A stretch of DNA of 64,000 nucleotides from contig NC_042999.1 of assembly GCF_006345805.1 (NCBI RefSeq), positions 120,838,001 through 120,902,000 on the forward strand, read 5' to 3'. This DNA is from Octopus sinensis. Its lineage: Eukaryota. How positions within the stretch are numbered: the first letter of the stretch is position 1; every line of letters begins with the position of its first letter. The translations under genes and the position numbers were made by a program. Positions 26,509 to 39,453 of the stretch are shown piece after piece. The notes beneath the pieces are model-generated. The model was not told the DNA's origin. It worked only from the letters and a program-made list of their open reading frames with translations, and ran no database searches.

Positions 26509-28292
26509 ATGTGATTAAATATGTCATATAAAGAGCAATATCCCGAGACTTACGTCAAATCATGAACCATCCACATAGTTGCGTCCAATTATAATCGTTG
26601 AAGCAATACAGAGGAGCTTTCTTCTAAAATCATTCACCACGAAGTGCACAGATATACACGAACCCTATCAATATATTAACTCCATTTATACCACTGTGGA
26701 CCTCACCAACTCTCTCTTATTTAATACACCCCAAATTCAATGCCTAGTTTTCTGTAACTACAGACCACCCTTGAAATTAAGCTCAATAATCTAAACAACA
26801 CACTCTAACTCGCACACGAAGATCATAGAGTCAGCTATGACTATTTGATTCCTAACCGACATTTAGCTCCCCCCCCCATGTCTAGACATCACAATAAGTT
26901 TTGTTAACAGAGTAGAAGTAAACCAAAAGATTAGAACGGTAATTTTGAAAAGCAGCGTCAAACTAGAGACTGAAAGGTATTTGAGTGTGACACAAAATCA
27001 AATCCTCCTCGATACAACATACCAGAAGAAAAAATGAAGTAAAATGCAGTAAAAATTTCGAATATATGAAGATGAGGAGAGGCAATTATCCACGCTGTAT
27101 CAGGTTGCTCTGGCATATCAAAAAATAAAACATCTACAGACATCACAGAAGTTTATTTAAATAGGGACATTTTATCACTTATGATTATTCTATATAGGCA
27201 AGCTTCGGTAGCAAGCTTGCCATTCAACGAAAGCTTTGGCTAAGCTGAGAAGCAGATAAAAGATGAGTAACCCAGTGACAATGTTTTCACATATTTCCTA
27301 GTTCGTGTAGGTGCTTTTTTTTATTTATTGAAATGTGAATTTATTGAACTACTTTGGTAATTTTCATGTGATTAAATATCTCATATAAAGAGCAATATCC
27401 GAGACTTACGTCAAATCATGAACCATCCACATAGTTGCGTCCAATTATAATCGTTGAAGCAATACAGAGGAGCTTTCTTCTAAAATCATTCACCACGAAG
27501 TGCACAGATATACACGAACCCTATCAATATATTAACTCCATTTATACCACTGTGGACCTCACCAACTCTCTCTTATTTAATACACCCCAAATTCAATGCC
27601 TAGTTTTCTGTAACTACAGACCACCCTTGAAATTAAGCTCAATAATCTAAACAACACACTCTAACTCGCACACGAAGATCATAGAGTCAGCTATGACTAT
27701 TTGATTCCTAACCGACATTTAGCTCCCCCCCCCATGTCTAGACATCACAATAAGTTTTGTTAACAGAGTAGAAGTAAACCAAAAGATTAGAACGGTAATT
27801 TTGAAAAGCAGCGTCAAACTAGAGACTGAAAGGTATTTGAGTGTGACACAAAATCAAATCCTCCTCGATACAACATACCAGAAGAAAAAATGAAGTAAAA
27901 TGCAGTAAAAATTTCGAATATATGAAGATGAGGAGAGGCAATTATCCACGCTGTATCAGGTTGCTCTGGCATATCAAAAAATAAAACATCTACAGACATC
28001 ACAGAAGTTTATTTAAATAGGGACATTTTATCACTTATGATTATTCTATATAGGCAAGCTTCGGTAGCAAGCTTGCCATTCAACGAAAGCTTTGGCTAAG
28101 CTGAGAAGCAGATAAAAGATGAGTAACCCAGTGACAATGTTTTCACATATTTCCTAGTTCGTGTAGGTGCTTTTTTTTATTTATTGAAATGTGAATTTAT
28201 TGAACTACTTTGGTAATTTTCATGTGATTAAATATCTCATATAAAGAGCAATATCCCGAGACTTACGTGAAATCGTGCACCATCCACATAGT
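26509..28292. repeat. Tandem duplication of a ~856-bp unit (26509-27365, 27366-28221) plus a diverged ~70-bp third start
   Basis: Identical ORFs at 26579/27435 and 26958/27814 (offset 856). Confidence 0.97.
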
Positions 28293-28518
28293 CGCAGCTC
28301 CATATTGACAGAAATTGTTCCGCCAGATCGAGGGTAATCTGCGAGAGAGAAGTTTCCAGTACGAAACAGGTAAAACTATCGTTGGCATATCTAGATACTG
28401 AAAACTTCATTTCTGTAGGCATACCAAAATTTCGTTCTGTACCGTTGCTGAAAACCCATCCCCACTCTTAGAATTCATAAAACACGAAGTGCCTGACACG
28501 GATCTGATCTAAACTCAT
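28260..28518 (-). mobile_element. Mariner-like transposase N-terminal remnant
   Basis: MSLDQIRVRHFVFYEF, FRTGNFSLADYPRSG (cf. F..GNFSLED.PRSGRP) and WMVHDFT (cf. WVPHELT), in different frames and with an apparent internal deletion. Confidence 0.55.
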
Positions 28519-28889
28519 TTTAAAAGGCAAAAATCGATTCAAATTTAAACAGTAATGTATGAAGTAGTCTGCGAAGAAAGGAAATAAAATTAATGGGTAT
28601 TTTACAGTAAGTATTGAAAAAGTGGTTGTGTCAAAAATGCTATAAGGGTATCTAAGAGATACCACCATGCTAGAAATAGCAGCCAAATCTTGACTCTAAA
28701 ACCACATTAACTGTTCATTCACCACCAGGAGGGAAGACAAAACGACGAAACAAACTAGCAAAAAATTATTGGATAATTCTAGATCCCTTATATGAGGAGT
28801 TTTAGGCGGGCAATTTAAACCGGCCGTGTGCATACGTGCATATATATGCATGTATACGTTCGTATATGTGAGTATTCGTATGTTGTATA

Positions 28890-29420
28890 TCTCTTATTAT
28901 AAAAGGCAGATTTTATCTGCCTCCCTTTGGGAGTTATACAAATCTACAATATAGGATTTCTTCAATTACAATTTACCTTGCATTTTTAAGAGTACAATGC
29001 ATAGCGTCATGCCAGGTCCAGTTTTTAAAATTTAAACTCCAATTAAGCAAAATTTACAGAAAACTCACATTCTGGTGTGTGTGTCAAATGCTTTTCTTAG
29101 TCTGGTTTACAGCACACGCAAACGCACACACACAGTGGGCAACGAATAAAATGAAAGTAATTGACTTACTGTAGTGAGTGATTCTTTCACTCTGCCTCCC
29201 ACTTCCTCTTTCAACACATAGACACGCAAATATATAAATAAAATTGTAAGCTAACGTGCGTGTGTGAGAGTGGGTGTGTGTGGGTGTGCGCGTGTGTGTG
29301 TGTGTGAGGGTGCGTGTGTGTGTGTGTGAGGGTGCGTGTGTGTGTGTGTGTGCGTGCGTGTGCGTGAGTGTGTGACAGGAAAGTTTTTTACGACGAATAT
29401 AACACCTATATCCAAGTAGC
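28890..29420 (+). mobile_element. Helitron-like non-autonomous element, 5' portion
   Basis: Starts A|TCTCTTATTATAAAA with a subterminal hairpin GGCAGA-TTTTA-TCTGCC (28905-28921) and contains an internal (GT)n tract; no 3' CTAG of its own was seen. Confidence 0.5.
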
Positions 29421-29424
29421 AGAA

Positions 29425-29904
29425 AGATAAGACAGTAAGGTGTGATTTGAGGGAGATTTGGCTGCTATTTCTACCAGGTCTAGCTGCCATGTAGGGGTCT
29501 CCCTCATAGGCTCATACATACATATATACATAGATAAGACAGTAAGGTGTAATTTGGGGGAAATTTGGCTGCTATTTCTACCAGGTCTAGCTGCCATGTA
29601 GGGGTCTCCCTCATAGGCTCATACATACATATATACATAGATAAGACAGTAAGGTGTGATTTGGGGAAAATTTGGCTGCTATTTCTACCAGGTCTAGCTG
29701 CCATGTAGGGGTCTCCCTCATAGGCTCATACATACATATATACATAGATAAGACAGTAAGGTGTGATTTGGGAAAAATTTGGCTGCTATTTCTACCAGGT
29801 CTAGCTACCATGTAGGGGTCCCCCTCATTGGCTCATATATATATACATACATAAGACAGTAAGGTGTGATTTGAGGGAGATTTGGCTGCTGTTTCTACCA
29901 GGTC
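29425..29904. repeat. Minisatellite: ~4.5 tandem copies of a 107-bp unit
   Basis: AGATAAGACAGTAAGGTG recurs at 29425, 29532, 29639, 29746 and ~29850. Confidence 0.97.
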
Positions 29905-29959
29905 TGTTAGGCCTTCTCATGTAAACTCAAGCTTTCTCATGCCTTGAACATAAGACCAA

Positions 29960-30200
29960 AGCAGAGAATGTATTCTTTTATTCCTCTGCTTTTTCCAGCC
30001 ATTGGTCTGTGGCCATGCTGGGGCAATGCCTTGAAGAATTGTAGTTTAATGAATCAACTCCAGTTTTATTTTTGTAAGCATTGTACTTATTCTATCTGTT
30101 TCCTTTGTCAAACCACTAGGTGACAGGGATGTAAACAAACCAACATTCGTTGTCAAGCAGTGGTGGAGGACAATCACAAGCACAGACACGCACACACACA
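29960..30200 (-). mobile_element. tRNA-derived SINE, family 3, partial (tail portion)
   Basis: Reverse complement shares CGCTTGACAAC.A..GTTGGT.TGTTTAC and CCAGCATGGCC with 62330-62460 and 63393-63535. Confidence 0.7.
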
Positions 30201-30270
30201 CACACATACATGCATACACATACACACATACATACATACATACATATATATATATGTGTGTATATATATA

Positions 30271-30529
30271 TTGCAGCGTGGAAGGTGTTTGTAAGCCATT
30301 TAAGAAACACACAAAAACCGTTACATTCACTTCAACATTTAAATTTAATTTGCCAAAATATTTTCGTCGCTTTGAGACCGCGACCTGTTCACTGACAAAA
30401 ATATCGTGCTAACAGGTCGCGGTCTCAAAGCGACGAAGATATTTTGACAAATTAAATTTAAATGTTGAAGTGAATCTAACGGTTTTTGTGTGTTTCTTAA
30501 ATGGCTTATAAACACCTTCAACGCTGCAA
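30271..30529. repeat. Near-perfect fold-back: 119-bp arms (30271-30389 and 30411-30529) with a 21-nt loop
   Basis: TTGCAGCGTGGAAGGTGTTTGTAAGCC...CGCGACCTGTT against AACAGGTCGCG...GGCTTATAAACACCTTCAACGCTGCAA; only a handful of mismatches. Confidence 0.97.
30349..30399 (-). ncRNA. Candidate minimal type-I hammerhead ribozyme with a G3-C8 swapped core
   Basis: Minus strand: UUUGUCA-GUGAACA-G-GUCGC(GGUCUCAAA)GCGAC-GAAA-A(UA)U-U-U^-UGGCAAA. Stem I is 7 bp, stem II is 5 bp, and stem III is the palindrome AAUAUU. Confidence 0.6.
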
Positions 30530-30691
30530 CTGTTTTCGTTCCAGCACACGATCTCAGATCAAGTCACTTGCTATGCAAGTACATCTCTGTAACTATATAT
30601 ATATTTATATATATATATATATGTATATTGGTAAAAACAGTAAGATAACAAAAGAAAGAAAGAGACCTCAATATTATGTAAATAGAGGAAA

Positions 30692-31084
30692 TCTTTATAT
30701 ATAAAAGTGAGGTTGTGTGTCTGTCTCCTACGATTTAGATTCCTAACTACTCCCACATTTTGCGGTGCAGTTTAACCAAAACCGGGTATCTTATAGTCGT
30801 GATTCATATCGAGACCGTCTGGGTATTAGCGCGCGTCTACGATGAGTCTACGATTTAAAAAAAAATTACCATCAATTTTTCCCATTTTGAATCCATTTTT
30901 GACATATATAAGGGAAGTAACTCTCTAAAATTTATTATTAAATCTCAGAACGTAAAAAGCTACAGTAACACCCCTCCCCTTTGTGGTTAGCCATATTGAG
31001 ATGGCTATTATACTTTACATCTCTAAAAATGCTTATATAATTATTTCCCTTACAAACCCGAGCAACGCCGGGCGATACTGCTAG
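30692..31084 (+). mobile_element. Complete 393-bp non-autonomous Helitron-type element
   Basis: 5' A|TC(TTTATATATAAAAG), 3' hairpin CCCG-AGCAACGC-CGGG (31057-31072) then CTAG|T (31081-31085); inserted between A and T with no TSD. Confidence 0.8.
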
Positions 31085-31421
31085 TATATATATATATATA
31101 TATTTGGTTGATAAGCAAGCTACTTACCACACAGCCACTCCTGCGCCTAATATTAACTTTCAATTTCTCACTTCATGTAAAGACTAAGAAATTTGACAGA
31201 TGCTAAATTATAACTATTTCTCGATATTACACATGGTACCAGAAATGTACTTACCTGTCATATAACTATCTAGTAGTAGGAGGAGGATGAATAGTGATAA
31301 ATTACTGGAGAATCCCAGATCCCTTGCACGAGGAGTTTTAGGCGGGCAATTTAAACCGGTCGTGTGCATACGTGCATATATATGTATGTATACGTTCGTA
31401 TATGTAAGTATTCGTATGTTG

Positions 31422-33040
<1,619 letters not shown>

Positions 33041-33589
33041 TATATACGACGGTCTTCTTTCAGTTTCCGTCTACCAAATCCACTCAACGCTTTGGTCGGT
33101 CCGAGGCTATAGTATCTTATCATCTTTGCTTTCTTTACAACGAGGCGCTATTTCAGTTACTTCATTACCACTTTCAGACCCTTTTTTTCAATATCATACT
33201 TCCTGTTCAGTGCCCTGTATTTTTGTTCGCTTTTAAGCTCTCCCTTCTCTTTTCGGTCTAACACAGAAATGTCCTTCGAATATATATCTAACCCCACTTG
33301 TATTCTTCTTTTCCACCATGGAAATTTTCTTCGTCACTCCCATTATATTTCTTTTTCTTCACCTTGAGCGAAACACCCGAGTTTCTAGAAGTGAATTATC
33401 CAAACCCCCAAAATTCCTCTCAACACATGGCTATGATGCAGTTTTTGTAATTGTGCAGTTAGTATATATTGGCAGGTGCTTACCTCCTTAATCTACAAAA
33501 ATGTGAAACCGTATGGCATATTACTAGTCAATGTACGCCGCTAGCCCAGAAAGCATATAAGAGACGTCACAATATAGCAATGATTGTCC

Positions 33590-34850
33590 ATTGGACATTT
33601 TGCAACAAGTATGGACTTCGCAGGGCGAAAAAAGTGGTACAAACATAAACCTGAGGGCATCATCGAAAATGATAATGCAAAGATCCTATGGGATTTTATG
33701 ATTCAGTGCGACTATGAGATAGAGAATAGGGAACCAGACACAGTGTTAATTGAGAAAGAAAGCAAACGATGCTGGATCATAGATATAGCATGCCCAGCTG
33801 ACAACAAGGTATGCGATAAGGAAGAAAGAAAAGTCGATAGATATAACCGGTTAGCTTGGGAAGTTAAGCAGTTGTGGTCGATGAAAAAGGTGGTAGCAGT
33901 ACCAATATTTGTCGGAGTCCTAGGAACAGTGAGTAAAAATCTTGAGAAGTACATGGAACAAATAGGGCTGCAAGAAGAGAGAAGTGATGAAAATGAACAC
34001 AAAAACAAGAGAAATGTTGACAGTACACGGAGCCTTCCACACTAAGAGTGAGACCGAAAGGAGGGTGGGATGAAAGAAAGCTTTAGGCGAGAATACATCA
34101 GAAGAAACAATTATGGAGAGTAGACTCAACGGAATAAACAAGATCAGGGCAATAAATATATGAGTTGGCTCTTCAATGCAATAAAACGCAGATGCTTTTA
34201 GGCGAACAAAGAACGAGCTTGAGTAAATTATAGAGAAATCAGGAAAGTGATAGCAATGAACAAGAAACTACACCCTAAAAGCGATATCGATATACTGTAT
34301 CTGCCTAGATACAAAGAAGGAAGAGGTCTCATTGGATGCGAGCTCTGTATTGTCAATGAAGAAAACAGTCTGGGGTAGTACGCGAAACAGCAGATTGAAC
34401 CTTTGTTACTGTTAGAAATATCAACACGATACCTAGTGAAATGTGACACACCCAAAATGATGGAGGACAAAGATTAAACAACCGGAAAATCTAAACGATG
34501 ACTGGACAATACCTCGTAGAAATGGAAGTGATTGACAAGATCAACATCTGGAGATGGCTAAAAAAATTATCTGAAAGAATGTACTGAGGTATTGATATGC
34601 AGCGCCACAAAACAAGTCCTGAGAACTAAATACACCAAATTCCAAATAGATAAAAGTAGTAGATCGTCCGTTGGTAGGACGTGTGGCAGCATAAATAAAG
34701 CAATCTCTCATATTGTAGGTGAGAAAAGAATACAAAAGGCAGCATGATAGTGTAGTTAAGTCTGCACGGTGGCGGGGTTTATGTGAGAAGTACAGTTTTT
34801 GAAAGGACACAGAAATGGTACGAGCATAAACCAGAAGGTATCATCGAGAT
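33590..34850 (+). mobile_element. Rearranged RLE-LINE fragments (endonuclease piece followed by upstream RT-C-terminal and knuckle pieces)
   Basis: KKWYKHKPEGIIENDNAKILWDF...IIDIACPAD...VGVLG; then TREMLTVHGAFHTKS; then FRREYIRR...HPKSDIDILYLPR...WRWL...HDSVV. Confidence 0.85.
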
Positions 34851-35237
34851 ACGATTAGTTTGCATTCGAACAATATGCCCTGCCCATCTGCACTGAATTA
34901 TCAACAGCATGCTTTCGATACTGGAGCTATCATATTTCTATAAAATTTTAACATTTGTTATCTTTATTTTGTCATTATATGTCAAGAGATATTCTGCAGA
35001 TTGAACAGCTCACAAAACTCCGAGTGTTACTCGGTTCCCAAAATAGTTCGCACAAACGTATTTGTTAAACCATATACATAGAGGTACATAGTTAACCTTT
35101 TGTTATTAAGATCCAATATTCCTCTGAAAATAAGTGTCTTCATCAAAAAATGTTCAGAATATAGAGAACATTGATCCTAAGTTTTTGTAGGGTAAATACA
35201 TACTTCTATATACACGTGTGTGTCTGTCTATTTGTGT

Positions 35238-35325
<88 letters not shown>

Positions 35326-35599
35326 CATGTATGTATGTATGAATGTATGTATGAATGTATGTATATATGTATGTATGTATGTCGTTATTCAGTTTTATTT
35401 CAAGATTTATTGCCAATAGAGAAAGAGCCAGTTTCTAACCTAAATCCAAAGCTCCTTCATTGGAAGTTCAACATCAACAGGATATTTCTGCATGTATGTA
35501 TACGTGCAGATTTGTATGTTTTCCTTTATGTATGCATTCTCATGCATATAGTTGCATGTCTTGATATGCTCATATATACTTAAATGATACACTCTTGGG

Positions 35600-35870
35600 A
35601 AGTTTTAAAGATACTTACAATTCCAGTGATGGATTGGATCTGTAGTCTTCAAATCAGTCTTCTCCTTTTTGGCTTTGGGGAAGCTTAATAGTGTGTTACA
35701 TATTCCAGTGCCCCAGTAATTACGGGTATAAACCTGAACTTGTAATCTGGATAAAGTAACTGTAGTTCCCTCAATAGTTCAGCGTAGGTAGTTTCTGCCT
35801 CGCTGGTCTTTAGCTTTATGTTAACATCCGCTGGACAGGTGATTTCCACAACTATACACTGTTTTCCTCT
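35600..35870 (-). mobile_element. RLE endonuclease 3' fragment of a further LINE lineage
   Basis: CIVVEITCPADVNIKLKTSE.ETTYAELLRELQLLYPDYKFRFIPVITGAL. Confidence 0.8.
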
Positions 35871-36059
35871 CTGTCCCAAATTACTATGTGTGTGTGCATG
35901 TATGCATGCATTATGTATGTATGTATGTACGTGTGTATCTCTCTTCTTCTCTCTTTACTCTCTCTCTCTCTTGCCCTCTTCTATTTCTAGCCTTCTTTCT
36001 CTTTTTTTCTCTTCATCCCCACACTTTTTTCTCTCTGTCGCTCTCTTTCTCCCTCTCTC

Positions 36060-36510
36060 TTACCATCTTTCTCCTCTGCTTGCGGCTGACACGTGACCCG
36101 TGGCCAGCCTTTCTTTCTCTTCCTTTCTTTACACCGGTCGCGTAGCTGACAAGTCCTAAATTCTCTGTGTCCCACTGGTGCATGTTTAGCGTTACCCAAA
36201 ATGTGTGTTCTTTTGGCCCTAGGACTGTCTTTGCCCTTCGTCCATCGTCTTAAATTACATTTATTCAATTTCGCATGTCCACTTCTGCATCGTTTGTTAT
36301 CCATGTATTGTTTACTCTCGGCTTTATATTCTCCTCAGGAACCGCCAGCACGGGAAGCATGGTGTAAAACTGAGTAATACCATCTGGCTGATAACTGATG
36401 AAGAATTAGGAACCTTCTTTGTCTGTCTTCCGTCATTTTGTGCACTCCATATACATTATACGTTTTTTACTTGTCGTTTGTGTATTCATTATACATTTTT
36501 CGTTTACGTA
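36060..36510 (+). repeat. Unclassified interspersed repeat, related at its 3' part to the arms of the 14.4-15.1 kb inverted repeat
   Basis: TCTGGCTGATAACTGATGAAGAATTAGGAACC matches TCTGGTCGATAACCGATGAAGAATTGGTGACC (14981-15012). Confidence 0.5.
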
Positions 36511-37518
36511 TGTATGTATGTATGTATGTATGTATGTATGTATGTATGTATGTAGTATGTATGTATGTATGTGAAGAAATTCATATACAAACATCTGTGT
36601 GTTTGTTCAACCAATAATTTAACGATGACTGCATTGTATAATCAATAGCAAGTTCGAAGTAGAACGTTTCTTTATTATTTCTGATTATAGTTTTACAAAT
36701 TATCATATCTCAGTCAGTTAATGCAGATGAAACGAAATGATTATTGGGCTATCTTACAATAAGTGTACCATTTGAGTAAATTGTCACATTTACAATTATT
36801 AAATGTAAAATAGGTACTAAAGAACGTGAATAAATTTTCAGTGTTATACAAGCTGGTACATATAAAATATGCTGATTGACGTATTTTCCTCGTATGTACA
36901 CCTACGAAAAAGATCTCGATCCAGCTACTGGATTTTCTGCGATATTGTTGATGATACAGAGCATTGTAAATTCATAACTTCGGTAATTGATACTTGGATA
37001 TTCAAATTCAACTTACTAAATTTTCTCTCTGATGGTGTTGTGCTTTCGCATCGGGAAGCTTACTTGATTGCTTGAAATAATGTTACCTATCTTAAAGTGA
37101 CATATCTTTTTGAGCACTTATCGAGCTCGAGAATTCGCGATGAATAATGATCGTTATTTAATAGGAAATTCTAGTTGCCAATTCCCCTCAAATTCTTCAT
37201 GTAGTACAAATAGCATGTGATTTTTAATATAAGCATACATTATTAATAGCAATATCAAATCACTTTAACGACTAGTGTGGCATGCCAGTTGTTTGTTACA
37301 ACCGGGTGAAGACAAAATTCTTATCAATTAATAGTAAGGAAAGAGTTAAGTAATTGATATAAACATATAGTATATATGATATTTATGAAGTTTTACTCAT
37401 TGCAGAAATATTTTCCAGTAACATGTCTCTTGCCTGAGCGTAATTATGTAAACTTCTAAATAAATGTGTGTGTATGTGTTTGCGTTTGTGTGTGTGTGTG
37501 TTAGTGTGTGTGTGTGTG

Positions 37519-37558
<40 letters not shown>

Positions 37559-39453
37559 CGGTTTGTATGTGTGAGCATGTGCTGTACGTATATGTATATT
37601 TATGTGACTGGAATTACCAATCATACGCACAGACAAAAATCGAATTTCTTCAAAATAAACTTTAAAGCAATTTAACAGCAACAGGCAACTCAACTGAATT
37701 ACACTTTCTGTGTAATTTACTGAATGTTTTGAAATAGATAATCTAATATATTCTTAATATGATTATTATTTCGTTTAGGACTAAAATTCGGTCAAAATGG
37801 ATAAATGGATAAGTATTAGGTGACGATAAATAGGTCAGGGAAAATACAGCAAAATATAGCTTCTATATGTCGTTAAATAATGCTTGTGAGACAGTGGATG
37901 AGATTGTTGATGCAGTGTCTACTAGAAATTGTTTCTTGGACAATGTAAAAAGAAAGATAGCAGGCTTCAAAAACAAGACGAATATTTGCACTCACATGCT
38001 GAAGTTTTAAGATTTTGTTGAAATATTCTAGATCTCAAAAATAAATATCGCGTTTTACCAGAGAGTAAACATTACTTGGCTCCAGTTTATAGTTTCTTGA
38101 TTGTGTGAGCATACATTCTTAGCCTTTAAATAATATAAAGATAACAACAAAAGCAAAGCCTGACACGTCTTAACATGGAGAATGATGTGAGTATGTTTTA
38201 CGAGCAAATAATGCCGAATTTTGACAAACAATTCAGGGACAGATTCTCACTAACAGTATCAGTTCTACACTTTTTTCTGTCTTATTACTCTTTAAATTTG
38301 TCATACACAACAATTATAATGTAGTAAATTTTATTTTGCTGCAATAAATATCAGTAACTCACTGTCATGAATGCCAAGTAATTTATTTATTTATTTTTGT
38401 TTTTAAAGGTTATTACTTTGCTTACGATTGCATTAGCAAGGAATACTATAGAAATTTGGAGAAAATAGTGTGAAGTAGAAACGAGGTGCCACATTATGTT
38501 CGATTAGGTCTGATACAGAATAAAATAGTTTGATAGACTCTATATGATGGCCAACGAATTTTAAAACCTACACTTCAGTAACCTTTAAATATGAACATTA
38601 CAAAATATCAGGTGATTGTAAATACGAGGCTCAAACACACGAAAAAATTGTAGATTTATCCTAACATTACGGTTTATAGGTGACAAACATGAAAAGAAAG
38701 ACAAGTATGTAAGTACCTAGTAAAAGCGAAAGTTAAACTCCACAACATTCTACAGCTTAACCATTTGCCGAATTTCTTCTCAATATATAGAAATGCCACC
38801 ACAAAGCTACAAATTCAAAGTAATTTTAAACGATGTCGTTCATAGTATAGTTTTGCAATGGAACTCTCACTCCTATTGAGACATAGGAACGAATCAATAA
38901 GTGAGCATTTAAGCGGTGATCCAAATGTCTAGAAAAATAAGCTAATTCTCCTTCAAATCAAATTCTGCTATACTAAAACGAAACAAATCACATTGAATAA
39001 TGTAGTCTTAAATATACAATTACTGAAAATAAGAACCAGTCTAACCCTAAGAGTATATTTTTTATAGCTTTAAACTAATAAAAGCAGTATAATCTAAAAG
39101 TGGTTTTAATTAATATTACAGTCACACTGATATTTTACAACTAAACTATAAATTTCATATTTTACAAAGTTAATCGGATAAGATCTAAACTTATATCAGA
39201 AATATTCGACGGTATTTGAATATTATTTAAATGGTATTTATTTATTTACCTTTACACGGTTTTAATCCTGTAGATTTCATGATTTGTTGTAGTAGCATGA
39301 CCTCCTGAACTCAGTATTCCTTGTCAACGGTATGTCACGATGATTACTGAACCCAGCCTTAAGAGAAATCTTTTCTTAGTGCAACTCTAGAGCAGTTACA
39401 TTATTTACATTATTTACATTAGACGGATATTTGTTCTCATCTTGTTTCTTGTT

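Noticed and set aside
26579-27146. ORFs MRPIIIVE... and MMSVDVLF..., each present twice
   Set aside because: Their identity reflects the recent 856-bp duplication; there are no protein motifs.
28267-28338. 72-nt minus-strand exon (CAG|...|GTAAGT, all three frames open)
   Set aside because: It overlaps mariner-like motifs that continue upstream across the supposed acceptor, and the paralogous segments at 26.55 and 27.41 kb have stops or no acceptor. It is better explained as transposase debris, though not excluded.
29425-29904. Regularly spaced repeats resembling a CRISPR array
   Set aside because: The whole 107-bp unit repeats with no unique spacers, there are no cas genes, and the context is eukaryotic.
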